Positions 1 to 10,705 of a stretch of 64,000 bases of DNA are shown one piece after another. The position numbers and the translations under genes are program-made. The DNA is from Longimicrobiales bacterium (GTDB taxonomy: Bacteria > Gemmatimonadota > Gemmatimonadetes > Longimicrobiales > Gaopeijiaceae). The notes under the pieces were generated by a model that was not told where the DNA came from, did no database searches, and saw nothing but the letters and a program-made list of their open reading frames with translations. Numbering within the stretch: position 1 is the first letter of the stretch; every line of letters begins with the position of its first letter. The stretch lies in the NCBI GenBank assembly GCA_963664435.2, contig CAXXKM010000003.1, positions 768,001-832,000 of the forward strand. Reading direction: 5' to 3'.

Positions 1-1136
1 ACGAACCCCTTGATCAGCGTCCAGCGCCATCCATCGCCATAGAACCTGCGCATGGCGATGAGGACATAGATCGGGGAAACAAGGATCAGGAACAGCTTCA
101 CCCAGTTGCCGGCGGCTTCGCCGGGCACCAGCAGCGCCGCCGCCAGCACCAGGAACAGGAAGGTGTGGATGTGCATGCCGAACACCAGGTGCTCGACGAA
201 GAACCTCTTCCTGCGGTAGTAGCAGACGCCGAGGATCAGGGCGAAGACCGGGAGCAGGAAGAACATCGCGATCGGCAGATTGCCGATGGCCTGCTGCAGG
301 AAGGCCCGAGGGTCGTGGAAGAGGTCGATCAGGAGGCCGCGCCCGTAGCGAGTGAGCCATCCGGGCACGCCACTGCCGCGCTCGCCCGGATCCGCCGATG
401 CGACGAGGCCGCGGACCACCTGCTTCGCGACCGGCTCGCCCGGTCGGCCCATGATGTCATCCACCTTGCGGGCGTGTTCGGGTAGCAGCCGAGCCTTGAA
501 GGCTTCGAGTTGGGCGGAATCCACCGCTTGGCTCCCCTGTTCGTCTCCCGTGCCCAGCTGCGCTTCCGCCGCGGCCGCCAGTGCGCTCGCAGTGCCTGCC
601 GGTGCACCATCGGCAAGGGTACTGTCCGCCGGTGTGTCCGCCGCCAGCGAACTATCCGCAAGCGCGCCATCCACAAGCGCACCAAGCCCGAGTCCCGCCG
701 GAAGCCCGCGATCGGCAAGCGCGCTGTCCACCGCCGCCAGCACGCTGTCGGCCACCGCTCGGGCGCTGTCCGCCGCTACCGGATCGTCGCCGGCGTCCAT
801 CTGCAGATCCATATCGGACCGGTCCAGGTTCCGCAGCCATCCCCCCGCTGAAATCGACAGCACCAGGAAGAACAGGAAGCTGGTGAAGAGGTAGAGCCGG
901 ACCGGCGACATGTAGGCGGCACGGCGGTTGCAGGAGAATTCGCTCGACAGGTGTCCGGGCCTGAAGAGCAGGGACTTCAGCGTGCGGAAGAGCCTGGAGT
1001 CCAGCTCGAACATCTCGCGGAAGAACTCGTACACCACCGACCAGAGCCCGCGCATGTAGTCGCGGTCGTTCTGGCCGCACTGGCTGCAGAAGCGGTCGGG
1101 GCGGCCCGACCCGCAATTGGGGCAGATCTCAGTCAA
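1..1136 (-). CDS. DUF3667 domain membrane protein (partial, 3' end runs off the window)
   Basis: Not in the ORF track. My translation from TTG 1136 gives MTEICPNCGRAAPDRFCSQCGQ..FELDSRLFRTLKSLLFRPGHLS..YMSPVRLYLFTSFLFF and, near base 1, YVLIAMRRFYGDGWRWTLIKGF. This is the typical CxNC/FCxxCGQ DUF3667 pattern. Confidence 0.85.
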   Translation of the reverse strand, partial: MTEICPNCGSGRPDRFCSQCGQNDRDYMRGLWSVVYEFFREMFELDSRLFRTLKSLLFRPGHLSSEFSCNRRAAYMSPVRLYLFTSFLFFLVLSISAGGWLRNLDRSDMDLQMDAGDDPVAADSARAVADSVLAAVDSALADRGLPAGLGLGALVDGALADSSLAADTPADSTLADGAPAGTASALAAAAEAQLGTGDEQGSQAVDSAQLEAFKARLLPEHARKVDDIMGRPGEPVAKQVVRGLVASADPGERGSGVPGWLTRYGRGLLIDLFHDPRAFLQQAIGNLPIAMFFLLPVFALILGVCYYRRKRFFVEHLVFGMHIHTFLFLVLAAALLVPGEAAGNWVKLFLILVSPIYVLIAMRRFYGDGWRWTLIKGF

Positions 1137-1141
1137 GATCC

Positions 1142-1843
1142 CTAGAACGGATTCGTCGCGAAGACCGACAACTCGGGCACGAAGCCGCGGGAATCCACCT
1201 TGAGCGCGCCCACCACCGCGCTGGCGATCTCCCTGGGGGTGAGCTTCTTGTCGGAGCGCTCGCGCTCGACGCCCGCCTTGGCCGCGAAGTTGGTCATGAC
1301 CTCGCTCGGATTCACGAGCGTGACCCGGATGTCGTGGCGGCGGAGCTCGTCGCGCCAGCATTCGGTCATGCCGCGCAGCGCGAACTTGGAGGAGGCGTAG
1401 GCGGTGCGTCCGCCGCTCCCCCGGAGCCCCGAAGTGGACGCGATGTTGATCAGTTCGCCGCTTCCCCGATCGATGAAGTGACGGGCGGCCTCGCGCGCCA
1501 TCAGGAAGGCCCCGAAGACGTTGGTGCGGTACACCTTCTCAAGCTCCTCGAGCGTCATGTCCACCAGTGGCTTGAAGAGGCCGAAGCCGGCGTTGTTGAC
1601 GAGGATGTCGAGGTGGCCGTGCTTCCTGATCACCTCGCTGACGGTGTGCACCGCGTCCTCCTCGACGCTCACGTCGCCCGCGATCCAGTCCGCCCCGATT
1701 TCGTCCGCGATCACGGCAAGGAAATCCCTCCGGCGGCCCGTGATGGTGACCCTCGAACCCTCGCCGATCAGCGCTTCGGCGATGGCGCGCCCGATCCCCT
1801 CGGACCCGCCGGTGACCAGCGCGACGGCATTGTTGAGTTCCAT
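1142..1843 (-). CDS. SDR family NAD(P)-dependent oxidoreductase
   Basis: TGGSEGIG, NNAG and YASSK motifs; 233 aa. Confidence 0.92.
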   Translation of the reverse strand: MELNNAVALVTGGSEGIGRAIAEALIGEGSRVTITGRRRDFLAVIADEIGADWIAGDVSVEEDAVHTVSEVIRKHGHLDILVNNAGFGLFKPLVDMTLEELEKVYRTNVFGAFLMAREAARHFIDRGSGELINIASTSGLRGSGGRTAYASSKFALRGMTECWRDELRRHDIRVTLVNPSEVMTNFAAKAGVERERSDKKLTPREIASAVVGALKVDSRGFVPELSVFATNPF

Positions 1844-1876
1844 GGATGTCTCGGGCTGGATGGGAGGGGTGGCAGG

Positions 1877-2839
1877 CTACGGTGAGGTGGTGGCCCGTCC
1901 GGGCGGGGGTGTGATGGGGAACGCGGTGACGGCTTCGACGATCCCGCGCGCGACCAGTTCCGGCTGCGACACGATGACTCCGCGGTCGGCGGCGCTGGTG
2001 AGGAAGCCGGTCTCGATGATCACCGCGATGGTCATGGGATGCAGGGCGTGCTCGTAGCGACGGAAGTTGAAGGCGTAGTAGTTGCGCATGCGCCGGGTCA
2101 CGGTCGGGAGGCGCCTGATGCCGGTCACCTCGCCGTATTTCCGGTTGAGCAGGTCGACGAAGGCGGAGGCGCGGCCGGTGGCGTCGCGGCCCGGGGCCGC
2201 CACCCGGTAGCCCGTCGCGCCGGGGTCGTTGCTCGCGTCGGCGTGGATGGCGATGAAGAGGTGGGCGCGGTAGTCGGGGGGCACCACGGCGGGCAGGATG
2301 TCGACCACGTAGCCCTGGTCTTCCAGCATGGCGCCGGTCTGGCGCGCGATTTCCAGGTTCACCTCCCACTCGGCGAGCCCGTTCCAACTGGTCCCGTTGC
2401 GCCGCAGTCCCGACAGTTCGCGGGGGGCCTCCTCGGTTCGCCAGTGCCCCACCTGCAGGGCGATGCGCACAGGGCCGTCGGGGGCACGCCACTCCTCCGG
2501 GGTGGGGATGGGGCCGGGGTAGCGGTTGTAGTTCCGCCACCGGCGGCGGCGCGGTGCCTCCTGGGGCGGGGCCTCCTGCGCTTCCTGCACGGTTGGGGTG
2601 GCCGGGGCCGCGGGGCGCGGCGGGACGGCCGCGGATGCACTGCTGCCCGCCGGCTCGTTCGGGGCCGCGGCGGCCGGGGCCGGAGCCTCCGCCGGCAAGG
2701 TTGGCGCGGCAACCTCGTGGGTCGGCTCGACCTGGTCCACCGAGGCCGCTCCCGCGGCGGACGCCTCGCTGCCGAAGAAGATTCTCGTCAACACGAGCAG
2801 CACCAGCACGCCAACGCCCACCAACCCGATCTTCTTCAC
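1877..2839 (-). CDS. N-acetylmuramoyl-L-alanine amidase (Amidase_3) with N-terminal anchor and Pro/Ala linker
   Basis: Zn-ligand and catalytic motifs QVGH, EWEVNLEIA, IAIHADA and IIETGFLT. The GTG start overlaps the egtD stop (GTGA). Confidence 0.82.
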   Translation of the reverse strand: MKKIGLVGVGVLVLLVLTRIFFGSEASAAGAASVDQVEPTHEVAAPTLPAEAPAPAAAAPNEPAGSSASAAVPPRPAAPATPTVQEAQEAPPQEAPRRRRWRNYNRYPGPIPTPEEWRAPDGPVRIALQVGHWRTEEAPRELSGLRRNGTSWNGLAEWEVNLEIARQTGAMLEDQGYVVDILPAVVPPDYRAHLFIAIHADASNDPGATGYRVAAPGRDATGRASAFVDLLNRKYGEVTGIRRLPTVTRRMRNYYAFNFRRYEHALHPMTIAVIIETGFLTSAADRGVIVSQPELVARGIVEAVTAFPITPPPGRATTSP

Positions 2840-3801
2840 GGAGAGTCTCCTTCCGAGGTCATGTTGCCCAGTGCCAGCGCGAATCGGCCCCTCTCGTCAG
2901 TCCACCAGCGCACCGGATTCAGGCCCGCCTGCCGCAGCAGCGAGCACACCGCCGTCCGGTCGTACTTGCAACTGATCTCCGTGCGCAGCGTCTCGCCTTG
3001 CTGGAAGCATATCACCGGACCGCCGGGCAAGGCCACCGCATGCGCCGAGAGGGCTTCCAAGTGCATCTCGATGCGCGTTTTGTCGGCATTGTACCACGCA
3101 CGGTGCCGAAAGCGCGAGGGATCGAAGTCGGTGCCGAAACGGGCGTTCAGCACGCGCAGCAGGTTGCGGTTGAATTCCGCGGTCACTCCTTCGGCGTCGT
3201 TGTAGGCCGCCTCGAGAGCCTTGAGCGACTTGCCGGCCCCCGGCCGTAGATCCGCGCCCAGCAGGAACACGTCCCCATCGCGCATTCCGGAGGTCAGCCC
3301 GGCGATCATGCGCACCGCCTCCTGATGGGTGAAGTTGCCGATCGTGCTCCCCAGAAGCGCGTAGATGCAGGGTGCCTGCGGCCGGGCGGCGAGCCGGAAT
3401 CCCCGCTCCATGTCCGCCACCTCGGGCCGCACCTCCAGCGCAGGATACTCGTCGCGCAGCCGGTTCGCTGTTTCGAGCAGGAAGTCCTTGCTGACATCCA
3501 CCGGAACGTAGACCGCGGCTCTCCCTCCCTCCGTCATCGCGTCCAGCAGGATCCGCGTCTTGCGCGCGCTCCCCGCTCCGAGCTCGACCAGGGCGCGCGG
3601 CCGCACCTCCTCGATCAGCCCGGACACGATGCGGGTCAGCAGTCCGCGCTCGGCGCGGGTGAGATAGTATTCCGGGAGCCGCGTGATGGCCTCGAAGAGC
3701 TCCGATCCGCGCTCGTCGTAGAAGTAGCGCGAAGAGACCGTTTTCGGCGTGCGCGCCAGACCGCGCGCCAGTTCGCTCAGTTCCTCGCGTCGCTCGCGCA
3801 C
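2836..3801 (-). CDS. egtD: L-histidine N(alpha)-methyltransferase
   Basis: PKTVSSRYFYDERGSELFEAITRLPEYYLTRAE, ELGAGS, GSTIGN, AYNDAEGVTAEFNRN and TEISCKY. The start is placed at GTG 3801, overlapping the egtB end; the ORF track extends it to 3993. Confidence 0.93.
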   Translation of the reverse strand: MRERREELSELARGLARTPKTVSSRYFYDERGSELFEAITRLPEYYLTRAERGLLTRIVSGLIEEVRPRALVELGAGSARKTRILLDAMTEGGRAAVYVPVDVSKDFLLETANRLRDEYPALEVRPEVADMERGFRLAARPQAPCIYALLGSTIGNFTHQEAVRMIAGLTSGMRDGDVFLLGADLRPGAGKSLKALEAAYNDAEGVTAEFNRNLLRVLNARFGTDFDPSRFRHRAWYNADKTRIEMHLEALSAHAVALPGGPVICFQQGETLRTEISCKYDRTAVCSLLRQAGLNPVRWWTDERGRFALALGNMTSEGDSP

Positions 3802-5093
3802 CTGAACCCCGAGAAGATCTGCCTGCGCTGCGGATAGTCCCAGTTGCGGAAGGTGTTGCGGACCGCGCCCGGGCGCGTGGCCCAGGATCCGCCGCGCAGC
3901 ACCCGGTATTCGTCCCCGAAGAAGACCTCCGAGTATTCCGGGTACGGGAAGGCCTCGAACCCCGGATAGGGAAGGAAGTGCGACGATGTCCATTCCCAGA
4001 CGTCGCCGATCATTCCGTAGCAGCCGAGCGGCGACACGTTGACGGGATGGCTCCCCGGAGGAGCCGGTCCGAGGCGGACGGCGTCCAGGTTGGCGCGCGA
4101 TGGCGTGGCGGGCTCATCGCCCCATGGATACCGGGACGCGCGTTCCCCGGCCGGATCCCAGCCGGCTGCAACCTCCCACTCCGCTTCGGTGGGAAGCCGC
4201 TTCCCGGCCCGGCGCGCGAACGCGTCGGCCTCGTACCAGGAGACGTGGCACACCGGAAGCGCGGAATCGACCGGAGCCTCGCGGCCCAGGGTTCGTGTCC
4301 ACCACACGCCGTCTCGCCGGAACCAGAAGAGGGGGGCCTCCGCACGCTCGCCGGCGCGCCACGCGAGCCCGGCCTCGCTCCAGTGCGCATCGGTCCGGTA
4401 GCCGCCCGCCGCGATGAAGTCCATGAAGGCGGCGTTGTCGACGGGATGGCGGTCGATGCGGAAGGGTTCCACCCGCAGGCGGGTGCGCGGGCGCTCGTTG
4501 TCGTAGGCCTGCGACCGGTCGTCGGTGCCGACGAAGACATCGCCCCCGGGGAAGTGGACCATGTCGCCGCGGCGCGTCTCGCCCGGTCCGCTCCTCCCGC
4601 AATCCATCCCGAGCCCCTCGTACGGCGCGCCGTCCATCAACTGCAGCGTCTGCAGGATGGTCTCGTTGTGCTGGTACTCGTGCTGGAGCACCATGTTGAA
4701 GACGTAGCCCCCGCGGAGAAGCGGGGTATCGGCGCGCGGGTCGATCCCTTCCAGCTTGCGGAGCACGGCACGGCGCACGTCGTCCAGGTAGTCGAGACAG
4801 GTCGCCCGGTCCGGGAGCGGCAGCCGGTCGCGGGTGGCGCGAGGATGCCGGAACGCGTCGTAGATCCCGCGCAGTCCCTCCGCTCCCGAGCCGGCGCCGT
4901 CGATGTTCTCGAGCAGCCACACTTCCTCGAAGTGCGCGATGTGGCCCAGGTCCCAGACGATGGGCGACATGAGCGGATCGTGCTGGCGCGTCACGTCGGA
5001 GTCGCTAAGCGGAGCGGCGAGTTGGAGAGTACGGTCACGGGCTTCAGCCAGGCGATCACGCAGGAGCCCGGGTTGTAGGGCGGCTGCCGTCAT
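3777..5093 (-). CDS. egtB: Ergothioneine sulfoxide synthase (DinB-like plus FGE-sulfatase domains)
   Basis: MSPIVWDLGH, iron motif QHEYQHNE, RLPTEAEWE, GDVWEW and RNWDYPQRRQIFSGFRC; adjacent to egtD. Confidence 0.92.
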   Translation of the reverse strand: MTAAALQPGLLRDRLAEARDRTLQLAAPLSDSDVTRQHDPLMSPIVWDLGHIAHFEEVWLLENIDGAGSGAEGLRGIYDAFRHPRATRDRLPLPDRATCLDYLDDVRRAVLRKLEGIDPRADTPLLRGGYVFNMVLQHEYQHNETILQTLQLMDGAPYEGLGMDCGRSGPGETRRGDMVHFPGGDVFVGTDDRSQAYDNERPRTRLRVEPFRIDRHPVDNAAFMDFIAAGGYRTDAHWSEAGLAWRAGERAEAPLFWFRRDGVWWTRTLGREAPVDSALPVCHVSWYEADAFARRAGKRLPTEAEWEVAAGWDPAGERASRYPWGDEPATPSRANLDAVRLGPAPPGSHPVNVSPLGCYGMIGDVWEWTSSHFLPYPGFEAFPYPEYSEVFFGDEYRVLRGGSWATRPGAVRNTFRNWDYPQRRQIFSGFRCASDARN

Positions 5094-5270
5094 TGTCCGG
5101 GACCTTGCGTCTCGGCTACCATGGAGCGCCCGTGCCAGGGAGGAAGCGCATTATGAGATGTAACCCTTTGATGGATTCGACCCCTTGGATCCGTGGTTGA
5201 GACGAGGCCCAGGTGGTCCTGGAACATGCCGAACCATAAGGTGCCGTTGCCGGGCGCGAATGCAAGCCAG

Positions 5271-5378
5271 CGCCGGACACGGTCCTGAACCCGTGCGCGC
5301 CGGACACGGTGCTAAACGCGTGCGCGCCGGATACGGTGCTGAACCCGCCAGCGGCGTATGCGGCCCTGAACCCGTGGG
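5271..5378. repeat. 27-bp imperfect tandem repeat x4 in the egtB/ABC divergent intergenic region
   Basis: cgccggacacggtcctgaacccgtgcg / cgccggacacggtgctaaacgcgtgcg / cgccggatacggtgctgaacccgccag / cggcgtatgcggccctgaacccgtggg. Confidence 0.85.
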
Positions 5379-5387
5379 TGCTGGCGC

Positions 5388-6256
<869 letters not shown>

Positions 6257-6260
<4 letters not shown>

Positions 6261-8044
6261 GAATGGGACGCGTGGCACTGCTCCTGGTCGCGGTCGCCGC
6301 AGCCGGAGGAGCCGCCGGCCAGCCCGCGGTACTCTCCGGCCAGGCAGCATTACTCGCTGGCCAGCCCACGCTATTTGCCCGGGAGCCCGCGCCAGCCTCC
6401 CGCCGGCCCGTGCCATCCGCCGACCTGCCCGGATCATCCGCCGACCTGCCCGGGTCGCCCGCCCGGTCCGCCCAATCCGCCCCGAGCAGTCGAACTCCCG
6501 TCATCATCGCTTCCAAACCCTTTGCCGAGTCCTACATCCTGGCCGAGATCTTCGCGCAACTCCTGGAGGCCCGCGGCATCGCCGTCGACCGGCGTTTCGG
6601 CCTCGGAGCCACCGAGATCGCCTTCGGAGCGCTGCGGGAGGGCGCCATCGACGTCTACCCCGAGTACACGGGCACCGCACTCGCGGCCATCCTCGGAGAC
6701 GAACTGCAGGCCGATGCCGAGGCCGTTTTTCGCCATGTGGCGGGCGCCTTTCGCGAACGATGGGACGCGCGCTGGCTTGCTCCGCTCGGGTTCGAGAACA
6801 CGTACGCCATCGCGGTGCGTCGGGAGACCGCGGAAGCGTTGGAGCTTGCGACGCTGAGCGATCTGGCGCGCGAGGCCGGCGGGCTCCGGGCAGGTTTCAC
6901 ACCGGACTTCATCGGGCGCTCCGATGGGCTGCCGGGACTGCGCGCCGCCTATGGCTTCGAGGCGGCCGAAGTTCTGCCGCTGCTGCAGGCGGTCAAGTAC
7001 GAGGCGCTTGTCGAATCCGGCGTCGACGTGATCGACGGATACTCGACCGATGGACTGATCGCGCGCTACGACCTCGTGGTGCTCGAGGACGACCGAGGTT
7101 TCTTCCCGCCCTACGAGGCCGCCGGACTCGTCAACGGGGATTTCTGGCGCCGGCGACCGGACGCGATCGCCGCGCTGAGCGAACTCTCGGGCCTGCTCGA
7201 CGAGGAACGCGTGCGGGAGTGGAACCGCCGCGCCGAATCGGACGGTGACCCCGTGGCCGACATCGCCCGTGATGCCCTGGTGGAGCTGGGGCTCGTGGTC
7301 TCCGATGGTGAAGAAACCATGGAACCGAACCTGGCGGAATCGGCCCCACCTCGGGAGTCGGAGCGGGAATCAGCCACGGCCGCGGAGTCCGCCCGGAGCC
7401 CGGTCGTCGGCTTCGCGTCTTACATGTGGCAGAATCGCACCGACATCCTGGGCCATGCGCGCCGGCACATCGTGCTGGTGATCATCTCCCTGGGGGCCGC
7501 CGCGCTGCTCGCGATTCCCGCCGGACTGGTGCTGGTGCGGGCTGCGGGAGGTGCGGAAGGCGTGATCCGCGGCATTGGACTGGTGCAGACCATCCCCAGC
7601 CTCGCCCTCCTCGCCTTCATGATCCCGGCGCTGGGGATCGGTGTCGTGCCGGCCGTCGTCGCCCTCTTCCTCTACTCACTCTTCCCGATCCTGCGCAACA
7701 CCTACACGGGCGTGCGCGACGCGAATCCGGCAGCCGTGGACGCGGCGCGCGCGCTGGGCATGACCCCCGCTCAGCTGCTCAGGCACGTGCGCCTCCCGCT
7801 CGCGGCTCCCGTGATCATGGCGGGTCTCCGCACCGCGGCGGTGATCAACGTAGGAACCGCTACGATCGCGGCCTTCATCGGCGCTGGCGGCCTCGGCGAC
7901 CCCATCGTGGCCGGGCTGGCCCTCTCGGACACGCGCATGATCCTGTCGGGGGCAATCCCGGCCGCAGCGCTTGCCCTCCTGGTGGACGCCGGCCTCGGCC
8001 TCGCGGAAAAGCGGGTGGCGCCGGGCGGGGTGGCGGTGGAGTGA
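6257..8044 (+). CDS. Fused substrate-binding (OpuAC-type) and permease subunit of a quaternary-amine ABC importer, EgtU-like
   Basis: Binding-domain motifs SKPFAESYIL, YPEYTGT, GFENTYA, RSDG, YSTDG and FFPPY. Permease motifs QTIPSLAL, DAARALGM and IGAGGLG. Confidence 0.9.
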
Positions 8045-8608
8045 GCGCGGGCACGGCGGCGCGCGTCCAACGCCCCGAGTCGCGTCGGTCCCGAACCTCT
8101 GCCACAGATCTGGTCCCGAGCGGGGCATGCGCCCGATGCTTGACCCGGAGTGTCCGAGCTCACGGGGACAGTCGGTTGGCGAACCGCGGTTTGCGACGGG
8201 CGGTTGCCGGGTGACAGCCTGTCGCGACGCGGAAAAAAGTTTCCGCGGTAACTTTCCTGGCACTCAACAGCTCGCTGGTTCGTGCGGTGACCGGCGTCGA
8301 ACGGAATGGAAGTCCGGAAGAACGTCCCAGTGAAAGGAGAACAAGCGAGGGTGTCCCATATTTACATCCGATAGTCTTATTTTGCCATTGACGGATTTCG
8401 GAGCCACGAGTCGACAGCATCCGAGATCCTCGCTGGAATAGTCGTCAGACGCGCGGGAAACGCCATTGTAAGCGTCCTGGCAGCATTCTCCTCCACGAAT
8501 GATCCGGGAAGTCGACATTTCCTCTCTGGGGGCATTTGAGAGAGTCGGATATGCTCCCGTTATATTTATCCTTGTGACGAGGGTATCCCCAATTGAAGGA
8601 GCAATCCG

Positions 8609-10228
8609 GTGATCATGCCCGCAACGACCCGAGAGAACGATCCGTGGAAGGACTCAAAGACTGTCGAAGGAGGCGGTTCCGCATCTTGTGTCGACGAAGC
8701 TTCCCAGTCCGATGACAACAACGAACTCGTCCAGTTGGGCGAGCGCATCGCGGATCTTGCAGCCCGCATCAATGCAGCCGAGGGCAGGATGATGGCGCTG
8801 CTCGCCGACTTCGATCGCCGGGGCGGATGGAGGGAGTTCTCGTCCTGCGCCGAGTGGCTCGCGTGGCGGACCGGCATCAAGATCGGGCCGGCGCGCGAGC
8901 GGGTTCGAGCCGCCCGGGCACTGGTGAATCTTCCGCGGACTTCTGAAGCCCTCAGGAGTGGCCAGCTTTCCTATGCCAAGGTGCGCGCGCTTACGCGCGT
9001 GGCCACGCCGGAGAGCGAAGAGACGCTTCTGGAGTTTGCTCAGGCGGCGTCAGCGGCCCGGCTGGAGCAGAGGGTGCGGATGTGGAAGCAGCTGTCGCGA
9101 GAAGGAGAATTGACGGCGGAGCAGGTGCGGCACCGCAACCGCGCTTTCTCGGTCTTCGTGGACGGAGACGGGATGTATGTCGTCAGGGGCCGGCTCGAGC
9201 CGGAGGCGGGGGCGGTTCTGATGCGGGCCGTCGAGGCGGCGGCGGATGCGCTGTATCGGCGAGAGGAGAATGGCGGCGAGGACGCCAGGGTGAGGGAGCA
9301 ACCTTCCAGGCCCACGCAGCGATGGGCGGATGCCGTCGGGCTCGTGGCCGAGCGGGCGCTGTCGGCGGGGTTCGGCGAGGATTCCGATGAGGGCACGGAC
9401 GAATCGGGTACGCGCGCGGAGCGGTATCAGGTCGTCATCCATACCGAAGCGGCGACCCTGGCCGAAGAAGGCGAGCCTGGACGCTCGGATCTCGACGGCG
9501 TGCGCGTCTCCGCGGAAACGTCGCGGCGCATGGCTTGCGATGCGGCAACCGTCGAAATGGTGCACGCCAAGCCCGAAATGATGCACAGCGAGCCCGGAAT
9601 CGTGCACAGAGAGCCCGAAATCGTGCATGGGAAGGCTGAATCGCTGCAGGGTAAGGCCGAAGAGGTACGTGGCAAGCCCGCCTCGGTGGGAGGTAGGGCG
9701 CGGACAGCGACGGACCGGGAATCCCGCAGTCCAGTCGCCGGCGGACCGGTGCTGAGCGTGGGCCGACGGACGCGCACGATCCCGCCCCACATCCGGCGAG
9801 CCCTCGAAGAGCGTGACCGTGGCTGCCGCTTTCCGGGGTGCGCCAGCCGCTTCACAGAGGCCCATCACGTCAGGCACTGGGCTGACGGCGGCGAGACGAG
9901 CCTGAGTAATCTGCTGCTCCTTTGCCGGCGCCATCACAGGGCTGTGCACGAGGGGCGGGTCAGGGTATGCACGGACCGCGCGGGTCTGGCGCTGTTCTTT
10001 ACGCGCGAGGGGAGGGAGCTGCTCGATGTCCCGGAAGCAGCCGGGGTGACTCGGCCAGGCACTCAAGCGACTCGGTTGGCCGGCCAAGCGACTCGTTTCG
10101 GCACTCAAGCAACTCTTCCGGCGGTAGCCTCAAGCCCCTCCTCCAACGGAGCCGCCCGGTACCGGGACTCAGATGTTCCCTGGGCGATCGAGGCTGCGGC
10201 GCGGGAAGCAGTCGAGGAGACGCTGTAG
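8609..10228 (+). CDS. DUF222 / HNH endonuclease (13E12-repeat-like) protein, copy 1
   Basis: SCAEWLAWRTG..ARERVRAARAL..SYAKVRALTRVA; VSAETSRRMACDA; RRALEERDRGCRFPGC..HHVRHWADGGETSLSNLLLLCRRHHRAVHEG. ATG 8615 is an alternative start. Confidence 0.9.
   Translation: MIMPATTRENDPWKDSKTVEGGGSASCVDEASQSDDNNELVQLGERIADLAARINAAEGRMMALLADFDRRGGWREFSSCAEWLAWRTGIKIGPARERVRAARALVNLPRTSEALRSGQLSYAKVRALTRVATPESEETLLEFAQAASAARLEQRVRMWKQLSREGELTAEQVRHRNRAFSVFVDGDGMYVVRGRLEPEAGAVLMRAVEAAADALYRREENGGEDARVREQPSRPTQRWADAVGLVAERALSAGFGEDSDEGTDESGTRAERYQVVIHTEAATLAEEGEPGRSDLDGVRVSAETSRRMACDAATVEMVHAKPEMMHSEPGIVHREPEIVHGKAESLQGKAEEVRGKPASVGGRARTATDRESRSPVAGGPVLSVGRRTRTIPPHIRRALEERDRGCRFPGCASRFTEAHHVRHWADGGETSLSNLLLLCRRHHRAVHEGRVRVCTDRAGLALFFTREGRELLDVPEAAGVTRPGTQATRLAGQATRFGTQATLPAVASSPSSNGAARYRDSDVPWAIEAAAREAVEETL
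9554..9679 (+). repeat. 21-bp in-frame tandem repeat x6 (EMVHAKP-like) in DUF222 copy 1
   Basis: gaaatggtgcacgccaagccc, gaaatgatgcacagcgagccc, ggaatcgtgcacagagagccc and further units. Confidence 0.8.
10048..10110 (+). repeat. 21-bp in-frame tandem repeat x3 (TRPGTQA-like)
   Basis: gactcggccaggcactcaagc / gactcggttggccggccaagc / gactcgtttcggcactcaagc. Confidence 0.8.
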
Positions 10229-10239
10229 AGACCCGCTAC

Positions 10240-10668
10240 TCAAAGGCGCTGCAGAAACCACCAGTGATGTCCCTCGGGATCGCGGGCTTCGTAGGTGCGT
10301 TCCGTCCAGTAGCCCTCGCCGTAGTCCTGGGTCGCGGGCTCCGTCGTGATGGCGGCTCCGGCCTCGCGGGCGTGTTCGCAGTGGGCGTCCGCATCGTCTA
10401 CGAACACGCAAAGCGCCTGTGTGTTGGCGCCGCCCGCGGCCTGCGGAGATCGGGGATAGGTGCGGCCGGGCGTCAGGCCCGCCTGCCCGACCATGATGAG
10501 GCCGCCGTTCATGGCGAGCTGCGAATGCACGATCTGTCCCTCTTCGTTCTCGACTCGGACGCGAACGGTGAATCCGAAGGCGCGGGTCAGCCAGTCGATC
10601 GCGGCTGCGGCGTCATCGTAGAACACGGCGGGCGTGATTCTCGGCCAGCCTTCAGGGGGATTCTTCAT
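10240..10668 (-). CDS. VOC/glyoxalase family protein (PhnB-like)
   Basis: YDDAAAAIDWLTRAFGF, HSQL, VDDADAHCEHAREAGA and ARDPEGHHWWF. Confidence 0.9.
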   Translation of the reverse strand: MKNPPEGWPRITPAVFYDDAAAAIDWLTRAFGFTVRVRVENEEGQIVHSQLAMNGGLIMVGQAGLTPGRTYPRSPQAAGGANTQALCVFVDDADAHCEHAREAGAAITTEPATQDYGEGYWTERTYEARDPEGHHWWFLQRL

Positions 10669-10705
10669 TGGGTTCTCCGTGAGCAGGTGGTTGCGGCGGG
10701 GCGTC

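Noticed and set aside
3777..5093. Selenoneine synthase SenA instead of EgtB
   Set aside because: No senB or selD-like neighbours; the motifs match type I EgtB and egtD is adjacent.
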